The notes beneath the pieces were generated by a model, which saw only the letters and a list, made by a program, of their open reading frames with translations, had not been told where the DNA came from and searched no databases. Below, one piece after another: positions 27,085-31,707 of a stretch of DNA of 31,707 nucleotides (position 1 is the first letter of the stretch; each line of letters starts with the position of its first letter). Location of the stretch: positions 1-31,707 of the IMG/VR virus record IMGVR_UViG_3300025875_000079. One strand, written 5' to 3'. Position numbers and translations under genes: made by a program. The stretch is from a virus. Its lineage: Duplodnaviria; Caudoviricetes.

Positions 27085-27128
27085 CTTCGCAAATAGCCTA
27101 GCAAAATTGAGAGGCTATTTGCGAAGCT
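27083..27128. repeat. Perfect 17-bp inverted repeat
   Basis: AGCTTCGCAAATAGCCT-N12-AGGCTATTTGCGAAGCT. Confidence 0.9.
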
Positions 27129-27149
27129 TTTGACAAGTAGTTGCTATAG

Positions 27150-27182
27150 AAACGCCCCAGTCGGAGAGGTTGGGGCGTTTTT
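27150..27182 (+). terminator. Intrinsic terminator ending the late operon
   Basis: AAACGCCCCA...TGGGGCGTTTTT. Confidence 0.8.
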
Positions 27183-27217
27183 GCGTAAAAATAAATCGTA
27201 AATAAATAGCAATAATA

Positions 27218-27248
27218 CTTGCTATGCCAAGAATATGTGTTATATTTG
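27218..27248 (+). promoter_or_regulatory. Host-type Bacteroidota sigma70 promoter
   Basis: CTTG-N19-TATATTTG (perfect TAnnTTTG) with an AT-rich upstream tract. Confidence 0.75.
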
Positions 27249-27277
27249 TATATACTCTAACAGCAAGTATTACCGCC

Positions 27278-27688
27278 ATGTGCCAGTCTACTACCGCCGC
27301 CCCCGCCAAACGCACACAGGGAATGAACTGGCTGAGTCAACATAAAAGACTGGCTATTTACCTGCGCGACGGTTTATGCTGCGCGTACTGCGGCGCATCG
27401 GTAGAGCAGGGCACCAAGTTAACCCTCGACCACCTGACGCCCTACTCGCTGGGCGGTTCGAACAAAGAAACCAACTTGGTTACTTGCTGCCTGTCTTGCA
27501 ACTCCGCTCGTGGCAACCGCGACGTGAAATCCTTCGCCGAGGGAGTCGCCGCCTACAAAGGCATCGAGGCTGGCGACATTCTCAAAGGCATCCGTAACCG
27601 CATTCGCCGGGTGCTGCCCTTGGCTGAAGCGAAGATGCTGGTTGCCCGTCGTGGCTCGTGTGCCAAGGCGATTGCCGAACTGAACTAA
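27278..27688 (+). CDS. HNH endonuclease (zinc-binding type)
   Basis: RDGLCCAYCG...LTLDHLTP...GGSN...NLVTCCLSCN. ATG 27278 lies downstream of the promoter; 136 aa. Confidence 0.9.
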   Translation: MCQSTTAAPAKRTQGMNWLSQHKRLAIYLRDGLCCAYCGASVEQGTKLTLDHLTPYSLGGSNKETNLVTCCLSCNSARGNRDVKSFAEGVAAYKGIEAGDILKGIRNRIRRVLPLAEAKMLVARRGSCAKAIAELN

Positions 27689-27810
27689 GACATTAAGATG
27701 AAGCTGAGGCCAAGCACGCATAAAAACCAAAACTTCCCGACTTCCGACTGACACGGATTGAACGTCTTGTTCAACAACTTCTACGCTGGCCCCGGAACGG
27801 CCAAAACTAT

Positions 27811-28158
27811 ATGCAATCCTTACAACTGCCCCGCATTCCCTACCTACGTTACGACTGGTTTAACTACGATTCCTTCCAGCGAGGAAAAGAAGTGGCTCGG
27901 GGAGAACACACCCGCTGCGACTATTGGCACGGCAGCAATGCCATCCGCGAAACAAGCAACTATTACTATCTGCTTGTAACTGGCTCTACATTCCATAGCG
28001 GCAGCTCTATTTTCATTCATCGCGTCTATAAGGTGGAAAAAGGGGCGCTGAACGGTGTAGACCTAACTCTACTGGTGAATGAGCTTGACAGTTTGCAGGC
28101 AGAGGATGGTGACCCGGATGAAAAAGCGGGGTTCCTTATAGAAGACCGTAACGACTGA
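27811..28158 (+). CDS. Hypothetical protein
   Basis: 115 aa, aromatic-rich. The frame is open upstream to 27724 without an ATG, so the start is uncertain. Confidence 0.55.
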   Translation: MQSLQLPRIPYLRYDWFNYDSFQRGKEVARGEHTRCDYWHGSNAIRETSNYYYLLVTGSTFHSGSSIFIHRVYKVEKGALNGVDLTLLVNELDSLQAEDGDPDEKAGFLIEDRND

Positions 28159-28167
28159 CCGCTACTA

Positions 28168-28443
28168 ATGTTCACTATCCTCTCCACTTACGATGAATGG
28201 CACCCCGACTACGACCTGTACCCCGACGGGCGGGCGTGGTCGGGAACCTTCCCCACCTACGCCGCTACCTGGGCTGCCCTGGAAGCCTACTTACTGGCTC
28301 AGCAGTGGTCCCGCATCGGAGGCCACGACCCAACCGACCTAACGGGTTGTCTCGCGCCCTACGGCCATGCGAAAGCACTGATCTGCTACGGGGACACTAC
28401 GATTCGCAACGACGCAGAAACCATTACGATAACGCAATTATGA
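28168..28443 (+). CDS. Hypothetical protein
   Basis: 91 aa; ATGA-coupled to the next gene. Confidence 0.6.
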   Translation: MFTILSTYDEWHPDYDLYPDGRAWSGTFPTYAATWAALEAYLLAQQWSRIGGHDPTDLTGCLAPYGHAKALICYGDTTIRNDAETITITQL

Positions 28444-28631
28444 CCTTAAAAGAGAAACTAAACCATTCGGGAATGCGGATGGACTTCGTAGCGGAAAAGG
28501 TCGGAGTAGCCTACACCACCTTCTCGAAAATCCTGAACGGAAAACAACCCTACGTCAGTCCCGACTTAGCACAGCGCCTACACGAGTACCTAGATAGAAA
28601 GATCGTTGAGAATAACATTGAACTGGAATAA
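28440..28631 (+). CDS. XRE/Cro-like HTH protein
   Basis: 63 aa from ATG 28440: LKEKLNHSGMRMDFVAEKVGVAYTTFSKILNGK. Confidence 0.8.
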   Translation: MTLKEKLNHSGMRMDFVAEKVGVAYTTFSKILNGKQPYVSPDLAQRLHEYLDRKIVENNIELE

Positions 28632-28678
28632 CAAAGGCCAGTACGTCGAAGCCGCTGTGCTCTTTTACCAGCAGTCGC

Positions 28679-28903
28679 ATGGCCCGCATATTTAACCCAG
28701 CTATTCTGCGCGGCAACTTGCGCCGCCTGCGGGTGCGGGCCGGACTTACTCAACCCCAGCTAGCCGAGCAGGTCGGCGTTACCTGGAGCAGTATTTCCGG
28801 CTACGAGTGCGGCAAGAACGTGCCCCCGCTTGTGGTACTCGTGCGGCTCGCGGACTGTCTCGACTGCAAGTTGGACGAACTGGTGTTGTACGAGATTCGA
28901 TAA
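28679..28903 (+). CDS. XRE-family HTH regulator
   Basis: NLRRLR...GLTQPQLAEQVGVTWSSISGYECGK..P....LVRLADCLDCKLDEL. Confidence 0.9.
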   Translation: MARIFNPAILRGNLRRLRVRAGLTQPQLAEQVGVTWSSISGYECGKNVPPLVVLVRLADCLDCKLDELVLYEIR

Positions 28904-28905
28904 GC

Positions 28906-28941
28906 AAAAGGCCCCTACCCGCAACGGTAGGGGCCTTTTTT
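28906..28941. terminator. Bidirectional intrinsic terminator
   Basis: AAAAGGCCCCTACC-CGCAAC-GGTAGGGGCCTTTT(TT). Confidence 0.9.
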
Positions 28942-28995
28942 GTGAATACTCTTCAGAAATGAAGACTTTTTTTAATTAAAAATATAATTAAAAAA

Positions 28996-29078
28996 CTACC
29001 CCGCCGCTTTCAAGTGCTCCGTAAATTCCGTCAGGAACGGCCGGCGCGAAGCCGTGATGCCCATGGTGGCCGCGCCTA
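28996..29078 (-). pseudogene. Displaced original 3' end of the integrase gene
   Basis: Translates GAATMGITASRRPFLTEFTEHLKAAG*, 14/26 identical without gaps to the integrase tail GAETLGIKSVVRPFLQVFSEQLKESG. Confidence 0.8.
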
Positions 29079-29828
29079 CTGATTGGCTAAGCGCAGTAAA
29101 ATATCCGCATGACAGGGGTTGTCAAGGCTACAGAAGCAGGCTAAGTTTTTGCCGCGTAGCGCCGCAAGCCAATCGGGATCAGCAGCCAGCTTTTCTTGTG
29201 CATAAATCTTGAACCGTTCTACAGCCTCAGTATAAGCGGCCGCAGGCGTCCGTCCGTACTCAGGCTTTTCTACTGGATAGGGGTTACCCCACTTGCCCGG
29301 CCGGCAGACAGACACAGTATTGGCGGGCATCTTGAAGCCCTTTGCCCGACGGCGCTGAATGCGTATTGGTGTGGTAGGCTCTACTTCTGGCATAATATCT
29401 TTTCGTTTACCAAGTCGGTTTTGGCGTTGGCTTTCGCTTGCACACGGGCGACAATACCACCTGCCTGATTCAGTATAGCGTGAATTCTCTTCATTTCTTT
29501 CGTGTCCCTTTGCACAGGTTTTGTTTTGCTGCCTAGGGGCCCTTCCTTTTCTAGAGCAATCCATCATGTTCTCCTTTTGGGTGCCAGCAAAAAGATGGTT
29601 AGGGTTTACACAGCTAGGCACGTCACACTTGTGACAAATAAACAAGCCCGCTGGAATGGCGCCATTGTGAAGCTCGAAGCTAAAGCGGTGTGCTAAACGG
29701 TTTTTACAGTCCACCCCTAATGATCCATATCCATTCGGATCACGATAGCCAGTCCACAACCAGCATGCATCTGTCTTATTAACCCTGGACCAAAACCTTT
29801 CTTCTGCGGTTGCGAGCTTGCTAGCCAT
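29076..29828 (-). CDS. HNH homing-type endonuclease fused to a DUF4326-like domain
   Basis: CWLWTG...GYG...LAHR...ICHKCDVPSCVNPNHL...N; C..GH...CRPC; then RIQRRR...RPGKWGNPY...LRGKNLACFC....CHADILL. Confidence 0.88.
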   Translation of the reverse strand: MASKLATAEERFWSRVNKTDACWLWTGYRDPNGYGSLGVDCKNRLAHRFSFELHNGAIPAGLFICHKCDVPSCVNPNHLFAGTQKENMMDCSRKGRAPRQQNKTCAKGHERNEENSRYTESGRWYCRPCASESQRQNRLGKRKDIMPEVEPTTPIRIQRRRAKGFKMPANTVSVCRPGKWGNPYPVEKPEYGRTPAAAYTEAVERFKIYAQEKLAADPDWLAALRGKNLACFCSLDNPCHADILLRLANQ

Positions 29829-29835
29829 TATGCTT

Positions 29836-29873
29836 TATCTTTGCGGTGTAACATACCACAAAGATACCGCAAA
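29836..29873. promoter_or_regulatory. Face-to-face -7 promoter elements and putative RHH operator
   Basis: TATCTTTG (+, 29836-29843) and CAAAGATA (-, 29859-29866) lie within a 12/14 inverted repeat. AYACCRCAAA boxes at 29840-29849 (inverted), 29853 and 29864. Confidence 0.7.
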
Positions 29874-29887
29874 TAGACCGGAATGCA

Positions 29888-30064
29888 ATGGCAACACAAC
29901 GTAAAAAAACTTCATTTACTATCTCGCAACTAGCTGATAATCTACTGGCTGCCCTTTCTGATAAAAACGACAGATCAAAAGCCTCTATGCTGGAAGTGCT
30001 GATTAAAGAAGAGGCCAACAGGCAGGGTATTACGCTGTCTTTAAAAGAGCCCCCGACTCTTTAA
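29888..30064 (+). CDS. Ribbon-helix-helix (CopG/Arc-like) protein (absent from the ORF track)
   Basis: 58 aa MATQRKKTSFTISQLADNLLAALSDKNDRSKASMLEVLIKEEANRQGITLSLKEPPTL, a beta-strand plus two helices pattern. Confidence 0.75.
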   Translation: MATQRKKTSFTISQLADNLLAALSDKNDRSKASMLEVLIKEEANRQGITLSLKEPPTL

Positions 30065-31370
30065 GTTGTTCACTAAACACCTGTAAAAAGGGTCGGACTA
30101 CACTCTTAATGCCTAGCGTTTCGGCGCCTAGGCATTTGCTCATTTCGTTGGTGACGGTTTCGGCTAGCACCTGCGCGTAGCTTTTTTCGGTGACGGTAAT
30201 GGAGCGATGCCCCAGTACCCGCGACACAATGGTAATGGGCACGCCATCCTGTAGCAGAATCATGCCGGCGGTCTTACGGCCTACGTGCGTGGTCAGATGC
30301 TTTTCCATGCCCAGCATCGAAGCAATCTGCTTCAGGTGGCTGTTGAACTTTTGGTTGCTGAGCACGGGTAGCTGCTCGCCACCGTAGCGGGCCAGGATAT
30401 CGGCCGCGGGCTTGAGTAGCGGCACAATAGCCGTGGTGCCGGTCTTTTGGCGCTGGATAACCAGGCGAATGGAGCCATCGCGTTGCGGCAGCAGGTGCCG
30501 AGAGCCGCGAAACTCGTACAAGTCGCGCCACGCCAGGCCCGTAAAGCAGGCGAAGGCAAAGCAATCCGCTACCCGCCGCAGGGCGGGGGAGGCAAACGGG
30601 TAGTTCCACAGCCGCACCAGCTCGACGGGCGTTAGGAATACCAGATCATCCGGCGGATCCAGCCGGGGGCGAAACTCGGCCAGTGGGTTCGACTCCAGCA
30701 GCTCGCGCTTCACGCACCAGCCCAGCAGCATCTTATACGTCTGCACGACTTTGAGCGCGTAGTTTTTCTTGCGGCCCTGCGCCCGCATCCACTGCACGAA
30801 CTGCTCAGCGCGCACCACCCGAAACTCGCGGGGCCGAATTTCCAGCAGCCCCACGTCGCGTAGCCAGTTTTCCAGCAGCCCGCGGCGCACGCGGTCCGCC
30901 GTGACGCTCTCGGGGCTGAGCTGCCCGCGCACGGCCAGCTGAATGCGCTCGGCTATGAACTCGTCGAACACGCGGATCAGCGCCGCTTGCCGGGCCTGGG
31001 GCTTCTGGTACTGAAGCACCACCCGCTCGGGCGTGATGTACACGCCTTCGCTCTGCAAGTCGTTGAAGGCGTTGGTGAGGCCGGCCTTGATATTTTCCAG
31101 CGTGGCCTTCTCGGCTTTAACCTGCGCCGAACGGCCGCGTATTTCCTGCGCCTTGGCGTCCCAGCTACCCTTGGTGGTGTACACGCCGGTAGCAAAATCG
31201 AAGTCGGCGCCGTCCACCGTCACGCGGGCCGTGATGGTGCCGGGGCGGCTGGGCAGGGCCTCGTCTTTTAGAACCCCGCCGTGGGCGGCGCGGTTGGCCT
31301 TGGCTTCCTTGAGGGTAAGGGGCGCTTTTCTAAACCAGAATCGAACGCGCATATGGTGTCGTAATTTCAT
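30030..31370 (-). CDS. int: Tyrosine integrase, Bacteroidota IntDOT-like
   Basis: Arm-binding-type N-terminus (ARVTVDG...FATG), FTGLAWRDL, RQKTG, HVGRKT and LGH...TEKSYA. ATG 31370 preferred; 446 aa. Confidence 0.95.
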   Translation of the reverse strand: MKLRHHMRVRFWFRKAPLTLKEAKANRAAHGGVLKDEALPSRPGTITARVTVDGADFDFATGVYTTKGSWDAKAQEIRGRSAQVKAEKATLENIKAGLTNAFNDLQSEGVYITPERVVLQYQKPQARQAALIRVFDEFIAERIQLAVRGQLSPESVTADRVRRGLLENWLRDVGLLEIRPREFRVVRAEQFVQWMRAQGRKKNYALKVVQTYKMLLGWCVKRELLESNPLAEFRPRLDPPDDLVFLTPVELVRLWNYPFASPALRRVADCFAFACFTGLAWRDLYEFRGSRHLLPQRDGSIRLVIQRQKTGTTAIVPLLKPAADILARYGGEQLPVLSNQKFNSHLKQIASMLGMEKHLTTHVGRKTAGMILLQDGVPITIVSRVLGHRSITVTEKSYAQVLAETVTNEMSKCLGAETLGIKSVVRPFLQVFSEQLKESGALLKTA

Positions 31371-31412
31371 AGCAGTTTGCCTAATAAGGTTAGTAATGTA
31401 CACTAACCTACG

Positions 31413-31487
31413 TGGCAAACCGCTTGTAACGGATACGTTGTAACTGAAACTTTCTGTTGCAACTGGCCTTGCAACGAGTTGGCAAAC
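31413..31487. repeat. Cluster of putative integrase arm-type sites
   Basis: TTGYAAC at 31424, 31438, 31457 and 31469; TGGCAAAC at 31413 and 31480; a similar pair at 31656-31675. Confidence 0.6.
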
Positions 31488-31531
31488 GCCCGGGCGGGGC
31501 CAAAAAAGCGGCTGGCGGGGCCTGGAAACGC

Positions 31532-31561
31532 AAAACGCCAGCCCGGTGGGGGGCTGGCGTT
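31532..31561 (-). terminator. Terminator downstream of the tRNA 3' fragment
   Basis: Minus strand AACGCCAGCCC-N6-GGGCTGGCGTTTT. Confidence 0.65.
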
Positions 31562-31582
31562 AGCTGCAAGAAACGCAGGTTG

Positions 31583-31606
31583 CAGAGGAGGAGGGATTCG
31601 AACCCC
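31583..31606 (-). other. att core: 3' fragment of a tRNA (T-arm, acceptor strand and discriminator G; probably tRNA-Ser)
   Basis: Minus strand GGGGTTCGAATCCCTCCTCCTCTG, with no tRNA 5' half upstream. Confidence 0.85.
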
Positions 31607-31707
31607 GCACTCTAACTACTTGGTTTCTTGCAGATTGCCAGCCGGCAAAGGGACATTGTAAGTAAAGTGGTAAACAACACCCCCGTTGCGGGCCCGCTGC
31701 GGACAAC

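Larger units (their letters stand above)
29072..30130. mobile_element. ~1.05-kb insertion in the integrase 3' end (HNH-DUF4326, RHH and replacement integrase tail)
   Basis: GCGCCTA direct repeats at 29072-29078 and 30124-30130, AT-richer interior, duplicated integrase C-terminus. Confidence 0.75.
1..31707. mobile_element. Temperate phage/prophage, partial (packaging, head, tail, lysis, integration modules), Bacteroidota host
   Basis: Terminase, portal, Clp-type protease, capsid, tape measure, muramidase endolysin, tyrosine integrase and tRNA-derived att core are all present. No host housekeeping gene is visible. Confidence 0.97.

Noticed and set aside
27698-27810. Programmed frameshift joining ATG 27698 to the 115-aa ORF
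   Set aside because: T AAA AAC is not a canonical slippery heptamer. It cannot be distinguished from a non-ATG start or chance.
29821-30018. 65-aa minus-strand ORF in the track
   Set aside because: It is the antisense shadow of the RHH-like gene and runs across the promoter palindrome.
30510-30560. Integrase inactivated by loss of catalytic Arg I (TGLAWRD)
   Set aside because: Substitution at this position is a known feature of active Bacteroidota IntDOT-like integrases. The K, HxxR, H and Y residues are intact.
31560-31680. Intact tRNA gene
   Set aside because: Only the T-arm and acceptor 3' strand are present, with no D or anticodon arms upstream.

Overview
The whole window is the late and lysogeny half of a temperate tailed phage, probably a siphovirus, of a high-GC Bacteroidota host. 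The host call (Hymenobacter-like) is inferred from TAnnTTTG promoters, the GC-rich composition and an IntDOT-type integrase. Gene order: HTH, PLD-like protein, terS, terL, frameshifting tail chaperone, HAD phosphatase, neck and tail genes, a 1101-aa modular tail fibre, a convergent SGNH lipoprotein, tail-tip genes, an inverted tape-measure + HTH pair, Clp-type protease, capsid, tail tube, portal, adaptor, lysis cassette, an HNH/XRE moron operon, a small inserted element, integrase and a tRNA-derived att core. Four observations stand out. (1) The tail fibre has an SGNH esterase module whose clear paralogue is encoded next to it as a separately promoted lipoprotein, a candidate receptor-modifying superinfection-exclusion pair. 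(2) A ~1.05-kb HNH-DUF4326/RHH element has inserted into the integrase 3' end between 7-bp direct repeats. It supplies a recoded replacement C-terminus and leaves the old integrase tail stranded downstream. (3) One late-promoter architecture occurs at three sites. (4) The att site has attP-like or tandem-junction geometry. All product calls come from motif recognition by eye; no database searches were run.
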